Shown here: one piece after another, positions 1-9,362 of the stretch
Layout of the letters: every line of letters starts with the position of its first letter
How positions within the stretch are numbered: the first letter of the stretch is position 1
IMG/VR virus record: IMGVR_UViG_3300005529_000001
Span: 305,476 to 369,475 of that record
DNA length: 64,000 bases
Direction: 5' to 3' (one strand)
The notes under the pieces: model-generated
What the model was told of the DNA's origin: nothing
The model's input: the letters and a program-made list of their open reading frames with translations, nothing else
Database searches by the model: none
Translations under genes and position numbers: made by a program

Positions 1-1645
1 ACATCTTAGCGTTGGTCCGGAAGAACCGCTCCCAATCACTGTCAAGGATGTATGACGTGGCATGGTCGGTGTCATTGCGGATCGATCTCCCAAAGGCTTG
101 GATGACTGCTCGGGCCGTCATCATCGCGTACCAGTTGGAGTTCTTGGCTTTTCGCAACTGGATGACTCGGTCACCCAAGTATGGGAACGGAACCTTGCAG
201 AGGATCTGGAACCTGCTTGCGTCATCGGCGAGGTCAACGCCCTCAGTCATCGACGGGCTGATGAGGACAGTGGGCTCATCGCTAGCCATGTGTCGTTCAA
301 TGGTTTCATCGCGGTTCTCGCTGTTGTGTAACAACAACCGTTTGTTCTTCAGTTTCTCGACCAGGTACTGAGCGATCCGGTAGTTGACACAGTGGATGAT
401 GCCTTTTTCCTTGGCATGGAGGTCGAGCAAGTCCTTCACAGTCGACGCCAATACGGGCAATGTCGCATCGATCTGGTTCATCGACATGCTACCAACACCA
501 AGGTAGTGGATGGGACGGTTCTCTTTCGGGAACGGTGAGGGTAGTTGTAAGTACGCCGCGTCGTTTGGGTCAATGCCCACCGACTTGCAGAAAGTGTCCT
601 TGTCAACAACGGTCGCTGACATCAGGAGAGTTCGAGTCCCATAGTGATACAGGTGACTCTCACCGAAAGCGGCGACGTCGACAGGCTTGAATTCAAACTT
701 GCGGCCGCCACGAGTCCCCTCAGGGGCCTTCACGAAATTCATGACCCAACTGTCTGGGGAATACGACTCAATGAAGCGATTGACTTTACAGATGTGCTTG
801 TCAAGCATCTCGTACCGCTTGCTCATCTCGCCAAGGCCTGACGTGACGTTACCGCTAAAGTGTTTGGAGAGCTCTTTCTCGAGCCCCTTCATCTGCCTTG
901 CGACGGTGTTCTTGTATGGTCCTTTCACCCACTCGAAGACCCGTTCAGGCGAGTCGAGCCTGGGGACTTTGCAACCCAGGGCCTTGGCGAACTTCTCAGA
1001 AAAGGTGACCTCGACGAACTTACCAAGCTCGCTTTCGATATTGTGACACTCGTCAATGACCAGCAATGCACGTGGTTGGAGCTGCTTGGCATACATCGTC
1101 TCAGCCAAAAAGTACGAGTTGTTGGTGATTCCGATCGGGTGCTCAAGGAACTCTGACTTGTCGATCATGTATGGGCACGAACCCCGGCAACACTTGTGGA
1201 AGTCGGTCCCCTCCAGCTGCTTACCCAGCTGCTTGAGCAGGCGTCGGCTCTCGGCACACGATTGGTCGCTGTAGAATCTGCACTCGTAGTTAGAAGCCGA
1301 CTTCAGAGACCGCATTAGGTTCCGGCCGCTGCTCGGGCCAAAGTCCTTCATGTATTGCTCTTGCAAAATCTTCTGGGTCGTCAGGACGTATGCACCCGAC
1401 GTCTCAACATCGTCCCCATCTTCAAAACCCGGGAGAGGAGGCGCGAATGTGCGTTCGCCCTGTGCTTCAAGAACACGAGCTAACGTGATGCCGATGGCAC
1501 TCTTTCCGCAGCCGGTACCCAGCTCTAAAATAACAAACCGCTTCTTCTGGTTCAAGAAGGCATCCAGGGCGAACTCGATCGCTTGGTGTTGCTCTTGCCT
1601 TACCGATGAGAAGGGAAAGTATGGGCGGTAATCGGGCACTGGCAT
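1..1645 (-). CDS. dinG: DinG/XPD-family ATP-dependent Fe-S helicase, 3' end truncated by the window edge
   Basis: Hand-translated because it is missing from the ORF track (no stop before the edge). Starts MPVPDYRPYFPF at ATG 1645; Walker A ELGTGCGKS, Cys cluster, IDECHN (DEAH-like), LLMSAT, and C-terminal SPSMTEGVDL...KVPFPYL...QAFGRSIR...YILDSDW typical of the DinG C-terminal helicase domain. Confidence 0.9.
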   Translation of the reverse strand, partial: MPVPDYRPYFPFSSVRQEQHQAIEFALDAFLNQKKRFVILELGTGCGKSAIGITLARVLEAQGERTFAPPLPGFEDGDDVETSGAYVLTTQKILQEQYMKDFGPSSGRNLMRSLKSASNYECRFYSDQSCAESRRLLKQLGKQLEGTDFHKCCRGSCPYMIDKSEFLEHPIGITNNSYFLAETMYAKQLQPRALLVIDECHNIESELGKFVEVTFSEKFAKALGCKVPRLDSPERVFEWVKGPYKNTVARQMKGLEKELSKHFSGNVTSGLGEMSKRYEMLDKHICKVNRFIESYSPDSWVMNFVKAPEGTRGGRKFEFKPVDVAAFGESHLYHYGTRTLLMSATVVDKDTFCKSVGIDPNDAAYLQLPSPFPKENRPIHYLGVGSMSMNQIDATLPVLASTVKDLLDLHAKEKGIIHCVNYRIAQYLVEKLKNKRLLLHNSENRDETIERHMASDEPTVLISPSMTEGVDLADDASRFQILCKVPFPYLGDRVIQLRKAKNSNWYAMMTARAVIQAFGRSIRNDTDHATSYILDSDWERFFRTNAKM

Positions 1646-1685
1646 GTCAGCCACACCATACCCAACGCTGTGTGGTTTCTACAAC

Positions 1686-2291
1686 TCAGGCACCGATGAT
1701 CTTGTCAACAATGCCTAGCTTGATCGCGTCTTCGGGTGTCAAAAAGTAGTCAAGCATCGGGCGCATAAAGTCCTTCTCTACTTTCTCCTTTGACATCTTT
1801 GTCTCTTTCACGAGAGCGCTGACCATCAGCTCCTGGAGCCGGCGCGCTTCTTTTGTCTCGTTTTCCATCTCAAAGATGTTTCCCATGACGCCTCCTGAGA
1901 TCGGGTGGATCATGATGCGTGCAGATGCACCGATCAACCGCTTGCCCTTGACTCCAGATGCCAGCAAGAGCACGCCTGCCGACATCACCTTTCCCAAACC
2001 CACCGTGTGAACGGGACACGGCAAAAACTTGAGGATGTCATAGAGAGAAAACATCTCGTCAACGCTGCCACCGTAGGTTGACACAACAAGATAGATCGGG
2101 TTCCGATTCAGGTTAGCGAGGTGTAGTAATTGCGCGATAACATTCGCAATCGAGTGTTCGCTGACCTCGCTATGCAAGTACACGATCCGAGTGTTGTCTA
2201 CTTGCGACGCTAGAGCACGAGTGAGATGCTCGATCTGATCTTCTTCTTCCGCAGTGACACGGTTCCGGTTTTCAAGCGTCGCTCGACCCAT
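1686..2291 (-). CDS. clpP: ClpP-type serine protease proteolytic subunit
   Basis: YLVVSTYGGSV, GKVMSAG (catalytic Ser), RIMIHP (His), DYFLTPEDAIKLGIVD (Asp region). Confidence 0.93.
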   Translation of the reverse strand: MGRATLENRNRVTAEEEDQIEHLTRALASQVDNTRIVYLHSEVSEHSIANVIAQLLHLANLNRNPIYLVVSTYGGSVDEMFSLYDILKFLPCPVHTVGLGKVMSAGVLLLASGVKGKRLIGASARIMIHPISGGVMGNIFEMENETKEARRLQELMVSALVKETKMSKEKVEKDFMRPMLDYFLTPEDAIKLGIVDKIIGA

Positions 2292-2526
2292 CTGGACCTC
2301 CCATTACAAACAGATCTTCGCCACCCAACTCACGAACGAGCTTGGTGATCGCCTTCATCTGTTCAACATTCTCGAGTTCTGAGCTCAACAGGTAGACAAG
2401 AAACAACGTCTGACGTTGTGTCAAGCCTCCTTGCAAGTTGATTTCACGCACAATCTGGCGACAGTGCTCGTTTTCTTCGGCACGTTTTTCAGATTGCATC
2501 TGCCCATAGCGCACCGCGTCAGTCAC
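2272..2526 (-). CDS. hypothetical protein (84 aa)
   Basis: Overlaps both neighbours in the same minus-strand run. Confidence 0.65.
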   Translation of the reverse strand: MTDAVRYGQMQSEKRAEENEHCRQIVREINLQGGLTQRQTLFLVYLLSSELENVEQMKAITKLVRELGGEDLFVMGGPDGSSDA

Positions 2527-2993
2527 TTGACGACCTCTTCTTCACGTTCAAACCCGGCAACATCAAACATGTTTTCACCCAAGATACGAACGTACTTACC
2601 GGAACGGGTTCCAGCATCAGTGTCAGATGCCAAAACCACGAACTCTCCCCACTTCTTGTTGTCATAGATGTGTTTAGCCATCTCCCACGTTGGAAGGTCA
2701 CAATCACTGCCCTCCAAGATGTCAGCCAACCTGGGTGCAAGCGATGCTTTGATATCAGCGATCGTCACAATTGAGTTCATCGATTCCTTGCCGCTGATGA
2801 TCTCTGAACGGTTGATCTCCACCACACGGTGGACGATGCCACAGTTATTGCACTGAGCATACTTTGGGATCACAGTATCATCGTCAGCAACGACAGAAAA
2901 CACGGTGAACTGGTGCAAGGGTGGCGAGGCTGCCCGTTTGAACTGCGGCAACGTGCAACGACACGTCACCAGGTGCTTCAAGCCCATTGACAT
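2523..2993 (-). CDS. hypothetical protein with CxC and CxxC motifs (possible Zn binding)
   Basis: TCRC and CNNC...H motifs; coupled to neighbours. Confidence 0.7.
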   Translation of the reverse strand: MSMGLKHLVTCRCTLPQFKRAASPPLHQFTVFSVVADDDTVIPKYAQCNNCGIVHRVVEINRSEIISGKESMNSIVTIADIKASLAPRLADILEGSDCDLPTWEMAKHIYDNKKWGEFVVLASDTDAGTRSGKYVRILGENMFDVAGFEREEEVVK

Positions 2994-3038
2994 CAGTTCA
3001 CCCTCTCAGGGCGTGCCATGCTGCCGCCAGCCTGGTTT

Positions 3039-3329
3039 TCAGGGGCGGCCTGCGTTTTTTTTCGCTGTTGACTGTTCACGAGCAAGGGCGGCGGGAGCCG
3101 CAACGACGGCCTGGTCAACAACCTTGCAGTATGACCGGAACCCACGATGGTAGCCTTCCTCAAGGGAGGCGTTGATGATCGCCATCAACTTTGTGACTTC
3201 CTCGGGCTTGATGTCAAGCTGCGAAGCTCGCAATGCTTGCGTCACGTTCGTTGACACGGCGTCTTTCATGCCCTCCATCAACGTCCAAGAGGCTTTGCTC
3301 AGCATGTCGCGCGGGTTCTTCTCTCCCAT
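3039..3329 (-). CDS. hypothetical protein (96 aa)
   Basis: Upstream GGAAGG RBS-like sequence; fits the minus-strand operon. Confidence 0.65.
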   Translation of the reverse strand: MGEKNPRDMLSKASWTLMEGMKDAVSTNVTQALRASQLDIKPEEVTKLMAIINASLEEGYHRGFRSYCKVVDQAVVAAPAALAREQSTAKKNAGRP

Positions 3330-3391
3330 GGTGCACCTTCCAACATTCTAGCTGCCTACTTAGAGCCAGTAAACCAGCAGAGGGGATCTCG

Positions 3392-4822
3392 ATGGCACCA
3401 TCGCTCAAAGAACGGTACGACCAACGCCAGCTGCAACTGCTCCAGGAACACACCAGAGCAGCTGACGCGCAACTGTTGCAAGAACAACAAACCGCTGAGT
3501 TGTTGCTCGAAGCGATGGATCCTGAAGACTTGCAAAAAGTCACCGCGATCGTTCAGAAACTAGACACGATCAAATCTCCAGAGCTTCCTCACCTGTCACA
3601 AGCGATCGAACAAGCCCAGGCTGAACTAAACAAGTACACGGGTGGTGGGCCCATTGCTGCGGCTTGGTCCAAGCTAAAGACCAAGGTCGGTATCGATAAC
3701 CCGGTCGTCAAGGTCACCACGTTTGCCGACGCTCTCGAGCGTGGGTTTTCACAGATCCCAACGATCTTGAAAAACAATGGGGTTGACCTCGCAAAAACGG
3801 ATCTCAACAAGAGCTTGTCGACCACGTTACAAACACAACAGCCCACTGGTGCTGGTGATGGTGAAGGCGGGACCAAGTCAAACGTTACAGGCAAAGCGAA
3901 TGACAAGGAAGACCTTGAATACAAGCCCACGCCCAAGAAGATCGGGGCCAAGAGCGATGAAGAGCTGGGCAAAGCTCGCTTTGGTGACAACAGGAAGAAC
4001 GACGAGACCCACTACGACATTCCAGGTCCATCTGGGACCCAACCCGGGACCAAGCCAGGAACTGCCCCTGCAACGGCAAAGAAACCGCCGCCAGCACAGC
4101 GCACAGGAGGCCAGGACCAGCCACCAAAACCCGCTCCTGGGGTGAAAAAACCGCTAGCAGCTAGCAGGAAGATCTCATCGGCTGACGAGGGACACAACCT
4201 TGATGAGGCAGGGCCGAGCGCGAGCGTTTCGGGTGATCAAAAGCTGAAGAACATTGTCGCTCAAATACGCAAAGCCCTAGCGCCGGGAGGCTTGTTTGGG
4301 GCATTCAAACGAATCCCATACATCGATAGCGCTGCGCTTGCTCAAGAGCTTGTCCAAGCGCCAATCAAGGTCTTTTCGAACGTTGCAAAACGCATCCAAG
4401 CAGGAGCAAAAGCATCTGAGATCGCGCCTGACATGCGTAACCAGATCCAGGGCCAGGGTGACCAACAGACAAAGCACGCGAACACAGCGACTCCCACCAA
4501 ACAAGCTGGGCAATCGCAACCCGGACAGCCAGCCAAGCCGACCACGGCTACGACTGACACGACGAGCACCGGACAGCAGCCTCCCAAGGGTCCGGGTGAA
4601 AAACGTGGTGGTGGAGCCGAAGCGAAAAGCCCGAGCGAAGCGGGCGGAACATCTCCCTCTCAAAAAGCCCAGCAGTTTCGTTCGGGTCTTGACAAGATCT
4701 ACAAGGGAGCCGGCGTTGATGCCAACATGGGCCAGAAGCTCTTGAAGTACCTCATCAACAACAAACTCCTGGACCGCGGTGCCGTTGAAACACACGGTGC
4801 TGGTGAACCAAAAGCAGCCTAG
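3392..4822 (+). CDS. hypothetical low-complexity (Pro/Gly/Lys/Thr-rich) protein, possible internal head protein
   Basis: Start moved to ATG 3392 (MAPSLKERY), after TACTTA and a GAGGGG RBS; several L-x-E motifs; long disordered central region. Confidence 0.7.
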   Translation: MAPSLKERYDQRQLQLLQEHTRAADAQLLQEQQTAELLLEAMDPEDLQKVTAIVQKLDTIKSPELPHLSQAIEQAQAELNKYTGGGPIAAAWSKLKTKVGIDNPVVKVTTFADALERGFSQIPTILKNNGVDLAKTDLNKSLSTTLQTQQPTGAGDGEGGTKSNVTGKANDKEDLEYKPTPKKIGAKSDEELGKARFGDNRKNDETHYDIPGPSGTQPGTKPGTAPATAKKPPPAQRTGGQDQPPKPAPGVKKPLAASRKISSADEGHNLDEAGPSASVSGDQKLKNIVAQIRKALAPGGLFGAFKRIPYIDSAALAQELVQAPIKVFSNVAKRIQAGAKASEIAPDMRNQIQGQGDQQTKHANTATPTKQAGQSQPGQPAKPTTATTDTTSTGQQPPKGPGEKRGGGAEAKSPSEAGGTSPSQKAQQFRSGLDKIYKGAGVDANMGQKLLKYLINNKLLDRGAVETHGAGEPKAA

Positions 4823-6015
4823 GACAGGTAAGCACCGAGCTGAGACAGGGTCTTGATGCACCTGTCGGCATGCACGCGCGCTGACATCTCAGTCGCCACA
4901 AGCTCACCTGTTTCAGTCACGCCAAAATCTACGGCAGACTTGATGGCACGAAGCGCGTTGTCGATGGCTTGCGAACAGACAACATAGTCTCTGTCATCAG
5001 GCAACCTGATGATGACATGGTTTGGGCTCAATGACTTGATCCGCTTGTCAAGGAGCTTTCCCTTGTCATCGACTTGTTCGTCTTCACGGCGCTTACGTAA
5101 GTTAGCGACATGTACAGCGACCTGGGCATGGGTGGAGGTGTTTGCAACGATCGTCCGGCCCTTGAAAACAGTGACCTGTTCAACGTAAGGTGCATCATGA
5201 AACTTGATCGAACTGATCAGATCACCCTTGAGGCTTGACACTAGGTCAGCCCCACAAACAACCGAGAGATCGACCAAAGAGTTCATCCCGTCAAGATCAA
5301 ACGGGGCGCTGATGGGCAACATCCTCAAGCTACCACGGTCATAGTTGACCTTCAAGGTGTGCTTGACATCATTGCTCATCCCACGAAGGAAAACAACGAC
5401 GGGTTCTTTTGCTGTAGCAGCAGCTTCAAGCAAGTGATGGATCTCGGACACTTCTTCAACATACCCGTCGATGCAAACCACTCGCGGATGGACAAAGCTG
5501 GCGTCGATGGGCAAGATCGGGACCAAATCAAACGTGTAACCCCTCACAAGCTCAACGGAAGGAGTGAGGGAGTGTGTCTTCTCGATGATGATGCGGCCGC
5601 CGTAACCAGCTAGCTCGAGAGCACGTTCTAACATCTTTGTGGTACGAACTCCCGCTCGAGAAGCATGGGCGTTGACGAGGCTTCTCACGTCAGCGGCAGT
5701 GGCTGACCTGGGTTCCAATTGGGTGGGACGCGGGGGTACTTCAAGTGCACCCAATTTTTCAAGAACGAGGTCAACGGTGCGGTCAAAGCCCCCGGGACCC
5801 AATTTTTCTGCATGGAGGGCGTGGGTCATGATAGTTTCATGGACCGACCTGTCAAACTCAGAAGACATCTTCGAGTTGAAAACGACCTGCATGTGAGAGT
5901 GGACCAGCAAGCGGTCTTTCTCACGGACCAACGCCGCCCTGACATCCTTCATGGCAACAAGCCGAGCACGCACTCTCCTGAGCGTTGCTGCTGAATCAAT
6001 GTTGACGTCTCCCAC
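4819..6015 (-). CDS. degenerate, shortened GroEL/Cpn60-like protein
   Basis: RIIIEK...VELVRGYTFD, VVCIDG...EIHHLLEAAA..EPVVVF, RMLPISAPF...LVDLSVVCGA and KRIKSL...IIRLP...IDNALRAIKSAVDFGV follow the GroEL intermediate/apical layout; only 398 aa. Confidence 0.7.
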   Translation of the reverse strand: MGDVNIDSAATLRRVRARLVAMKDVRAALVREKDRLLVHSHMQVVFNSKMSSEFDRSVHETIMTHALHAEKLGPGGFDRTVDLVLEKLGALEVPPRPTQLEPRSATAADVRSLVNAHASRAGVRTTKMLERALELAGYGGRIIIEKTHSLTPSVELVRGYTFDLVPILPIDASFVHPRVVCIDGYVEEVSEIHHLLEAAATAKEPVVVFLRGMSNDVKHTLKVNYDRGSLRMLPISAPFDLDGMNSLVDLSVVCGADLVSSLKGDLISSIKFHDAPYVEQVTVFKGRTIVANTSTHAQVAVHVANLRKRREDEQVDDKGKLLDKRIKSLSPNHVIIRLPDDRDYVVCSQAIDNALRAIKSAVDFGVTETGELVATEMSARVHADRCIKTLSQLGAYLS

Positions 6016-6032
6016 CTGGAGACTCTACACCC

Positions 6033-6464
6033 TTACTGTGTGTAGTGGATAAGAAGGTGACCGGTGAGGATATCAAAAACGAGCTTCCCAGCTCCCGTAA
6101 GAGCAGCCGTTCCCGCGAGACCCAAGAGCCCCTTGATGACCCAGTTTGCGGTGTTGATCCAGTTCAACGCACCCTTGACCTTCTGGTAAAGGCCCTCGTC
6201 CTTGTCATAGATCGCTTTGTGAACCTCATCCAGCTTTTTCACCTGGGTGTCCTGGCCCATCTTGACGTCTTTGAGATCGGTCTCAATCGTGTCGATCTTG
6301 CTGATTTTTTCCATGAGGTGATCGAAACCACCGTTCAGGACATGGGCGTCTTCGAGCTTCCTGTCAAGCTTGGCCAGGACATCATCCTGTGCCGCAAGAC
6401 GCTCAACGATCTCCGACGTTGTTGGCTTTCTACCCGGGACTAGTGCAGCTTTCTTGGTGGCCAT
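6033..6464 (-). CDS. coiled-coil protein with C-terminal hydrophobic helix (possible holin-like or membrane protein)
   Basis: Heptad-like N-terminal region followed by WVIKGLLGLAGTAALTGAGKLVFDIL. Confidence 0.6.
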   Translation of the reverse strand: MATKKAALVPGRKPTTSEIVERLAAQDDVLAKLDRKLEDAHVLNGGFDHLMEKISKIDTIETDLKDVKMGQDTQVKKLDEVHKAIYDKDEGLYQKVKGALNWINTANWVIKGLLGLAGTAALTGAGKLVFDILTGHLLIHYTQ

Positions 6465-6489
6465 GCTCTCTCGCGACGCGCGTTAAAGA

Positions 6490-6565
6490 CCCTGATCCCT
6501 AGAGATCTTTACCACTCTGACCACTTAATCCTCTGATCCGCTTTCCGCTAAGATCCTCAGATCTA
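6490..6565. repeat. intergenic array of imperfect 8-9-bp CT(C/A)(T/A)GATCC-like units
   Basis: GATC at 6494, 6504, 6535, 6552 and 6560, plus variants CTCTGACC and CTTAATCC. Confidence 0.45.
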
Positions 6566-6692
6566 CATGGAGGAGTGACAGTTGGACACCGAACCGCGGG
6601 GTCCTACGCTAAGTATTGCAACATATTGAAGATCTGTAGAGACTACTGACAACCTGAACAGACACGCATGGGAGAGCTACAATCTGCTCACC

Positions 6693-8603
6693 GTGTTTGA
6701 TTTCAACCAAAGCATCTTCGGGTCCGAAATAACCATCCCACATACTGCAAGGGTGATCTTTGTCTCTGACATGTTCGTAGAAGACTATGTCGGGGGTGCA
6801 GAGCTGACAAGCCAAGCCTTGCTTGACGCAGCGCCTTTCGAGGTTTTCAAGCTGCATTCCAAAGATGTCAGCATGCAACTGTTGCAAGCGGGTGCTGACA
6901 AGTTCTGGATCTTTGGAAATTTCTCACAGATGAACCCGCAACTGATCCCAACCATCGTTGGGAACCTGAGATATTCCATCCTCGAGTACGACTTCAAGTA
7001 CTGCCGCGCTAGGTCACCCGAAAAGCACTTCGCTGAGCATGGCATGCCCTGTGATTGCCACGATCAGATAAATGGGAAGATCATCAGCGCCTTCTACTAC
7101 GGTAGCATGGGACTCTGGTGGATGTCTCAAAAGCAGAAAGAGCGATACCTCCAGCTGTTCCCATTCCTTGCAGAGCGAAGCAACACCGTCCTGTCCAGCG
7201 TCTTCGACGCCAAGACGCTTGGCATGCTCAAGGCATTGCGGGTCCAGCGTGAAAAGTGTGGAGACAAAAACGGGTGGGTCGTCCTGGGCAGCGAGTCATG
7301 GATCAAGGGCGCTGATGACGCAAAAGCTTGGTGCGAAGCAAACGGGAAAGACTACCAAGTCCTGTGGGGCGAGCCTTACGCCCTTGTTCTCAAGAAGTTG
7401 TCGATGGCCGAGGGCTTCGTCTACCTGCCCAAGGGAGGCGATACCTGTCCCCGGATGGTCATCGAAGCAAAGCTGCTCGGTTGCAAGCTGCAGCTGAATG
7501 ACAACGTGATGCACAAGGATGAAGAGTGGTTTGACACTGATGATCTTGACAGCATCAGCGACTACCTTTTCGTCTCTCCCCAGACGTTTTGGAACGGCAT
7601 CCGTGAGATGATGAACTACCAGCCCAAGATCTCGGGCTACACCACGACATACAACTGCATCAAGCAAGCGTACCCGTTCGAGCAGTGCATCCAATCGATG
7701 CTCGCTTTCTGTAACGAGGTCTGCGTCATGGACGGTGGTTCAAGCGATGGAACGTACGAGAAACTCAGCGAGATGGCTGAGAAAGAACCTCGTTTGAAGA
7801 TCAAGACCCGCCAGCTTGACTGGTCTACCAAACGTCACCCGGTCTTCGATGGCATACAAAAAGCTGAAGCTCGTAAGATGTGTACGGGTGAGTTCTGTTG
7901 GCAGATGGACAGCGATGAGGTTGTTCACGAGAGCGACGGAAAGAAGATCAGCGACCTGTGCCGGATGTTGCCCAAGGGTGTTGACGTCATGTGCTTGCCC
8001 GTCATTGAATATTGGGGTGGCTATGACAAGGTTCGCATGGACATCCAACCCTGGAAGTGGCGTTTGAGCCGTAACCTTCCTCACATCACCCACGGCATCC
8101 CGGTAGAACTGAGAGCCACAGACGCCGAAGGCCAGCTCTATGCCAAGCCGGGTACCGACGGTTGTGACATGATTGACCAGGATGGCAACAGATTGCCCGT
8201 TCTCAACTTCTATACTCCTGACGTCGAACAGGTTCGCCAGGTTGGCATGCTGGGAAATGCAGAAGCCCAACGCCAGTACGAAGCTTGGCTGAACAACGTT
8301 GCGCTCAACCTTCCATGCGTTTACCACTACTCTTGGTTCGATCTGCCCCGGAAGATCCGGCTTTACCGTGACTACTGGCAGAACCACTGGAACGCCCTGT
8401 GGGACCGCGACACTTCAGACACCGCAGCGAACAACATGATGTTTGGCAAGCCCTGGAGCGAAGTTACCGATGAAGACATTGCCCAACGTGCCGCTGAGAT
8501 GAAAGAGAAGCTGGGCGGTTGGATCTGGCACAAGCCGTGGGATGGGAAAGCGATGACGCCCCACGTGACCATTCACAAGACACCACCTAGGATCATGCAA
8601 TGA
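6693..8603 (+). CDS. two-domain glycosyltransferase (GT-B/GT4-like fused to GT-A/GT2)
   Basis: N-half FVYLPKGGDTCPRMVIEAKLLGC (GT4 ExF-G-x-x-x-x-E-A-like); C-half ISGYTTTYN...VMDGGSSDGT...WQMDSDE (GT2 with DxD). Confidence 0.8.
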   Translation: MFDFNQSIFGSEITIPHTARVIFVSDMFVEDYVGGAELTSQALLDAAPFEVFKLHSKDVSMQLLQAGADKFWIFGNFSQMNPQLIPTIVGNLRYSILEYDFKYCRARSPEKHFAEHGMPCDCHDQINGKIISAFYYGSMGLWWMSQKQKERYLQLFPFLAERSNTVLSSVFDAKTLGMLKALRVQREKCGDKNGWVVLGSESWIKGADDAKAWCEANGKDYQVLWGEPYALVLKKLSMAEGFVYLPKGGDTCPRMVIEAKLLGCKLQLNDNVMHKDEEWFDTDDLDSISDYLFVSPQTFWNGIREMMNYQPKISGYTTTYNCIKQAYPFEQCIQSMLAFCNEVCVMDGGSSDGTYEKLSEMAEKEPRLKIKTRQLDWSTKRHPVFDGIQKAEARKMCTGEFCWQMDSDEVVHESDGKKISDLCRMLPKGVDVMCLPVIEYWGGYDKVRMDIQPWKWRLSRNLPHITHGIPVELRATDAEGQLYAKPGTDGCDMIDQDGNRLPVLNFYTPDVEQVRQVGMLGNAEAQRQYEAWLNNVALNLPCVYHYSWFDLPRKIRLYRDYWQNHWNALWDRDTSDTAANNMMFGKPWSEVTDEDIAQRAAEMKEKLGGWIWHKPWDGKAMTPHVTIHKTPPRIMQ

Positions 8604-8944
8604 GAGAAATGACCCCTGTTGTCGTCGAGTCCCCGTACGCAGGTGACATCGAAAAGAACATGCGCTATCTACGTGCATGCATGCGTGACTGCCTGGTCAA
8701 CCACCAGGAAGCTCCTTATGCCAGCCACGCTCTGTACACCCAGCCAGGAGTGCTGCGTGATGAGGTGCCAGAAGAGCGCCAGCACGGCATTGAAGCGGGT
8801 TTCGCTTTCCGACCGCTGATGAAAAAGACCGTCGTCTACACCGACCTTGGGTACAGCTCTGGCATGAAGTATGGCATCAAGCATGCTGAAGAGATCGGTC
8901 ATCCAATCGAGTATCGCACCCTGGGTGGCGAGTGGGCACAATGA
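8600..8944 (+). CDS. conserved phage hypothetical protein (flavodoxin/deoxyribosyltransferase-like fold suspected)
   Basis: VVVESPYAG...EAPYASH..Y...G....VYTDLGYSSGM..GI, a pattern I recognise from phage proteins. Confidence 0.6.
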   Translation: MREMTPVVVESPYAGDIEKNMRYLRACMRDCLVNHQEAPYASHALYTQPGVLRDEVPEERQHGIEAGFAFRPLMKKTVVYTDLGYSSGMKYGIKHAEEIGHPIEYRTLGGEWAQ

Positions 8945-9153
8945 ACTCATCGCTCTCTTATGAGAAGCTGGTCATGTTCTTGTATCTGCTGATGCGTGAC
9001 GTAGCACCAACAGGCTTTGTCGTCAGCGCTCTCAGGGAAACGGTGAAAGCTGTCGCAGAGACTGAAGTCACGCCCGAGAGCCCAAATACATACTCCAGCA
9101 AGGAGTTACAAGCATATGCTGAGAGGTTGGCAACGGAAATGGTGACGGGATGA
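8941..9153 (+). CDS. hypothetical protein
   Basis: ATGA overlaps on both sides. Confidence 0.6.
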   Translation: MNSSLSYEKLVMFLYLLMRDVAPTGFVVSALRETVKAVAETEVTPESPNTYSSKELQAYAERLATEMVTG

Positions 9154-9362
9154 CGATCCGTCAACGTGTCATCCATGTGTTGCTCGACTCAAGCACGCCA
9201 CGAACTGCATCAGACATCTACCACGTCCTGAACAACAGCGGGTATGTCAAGCTGTCATCCTTGTCCGGCATCTTGAAGAGGATGTATGATGCTGGAGAGC
9301 TACGACGAGTTGATGAATACGGCCCCCGCGGTGGGTACGGCTACTTGGTGAATCACTCATGA
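9150..9362 (+). CDS. small winged-helix-like DNA-binding protein
   Basis: TASDIY...LSSLSGILKRMYDAGELRRV...GYGY pattern. Confidence 0.55.
   Translation: MTIRQRVIHVLLDSSTPRTASDIYHVLNNSGYVKLSSLSGILKRMYDAGELRRVDEYGPRGGYGYLVNHS

Noticed and set aside
4277-4861. Long antisense or alternate-frame ORFs (also 7740-8387, 26333-27097, 28244-28861, 38062-38742, 62522-63091)
   Set aside because: They are shadows of well-supported genes on the other strand and show no recognisable motifs.
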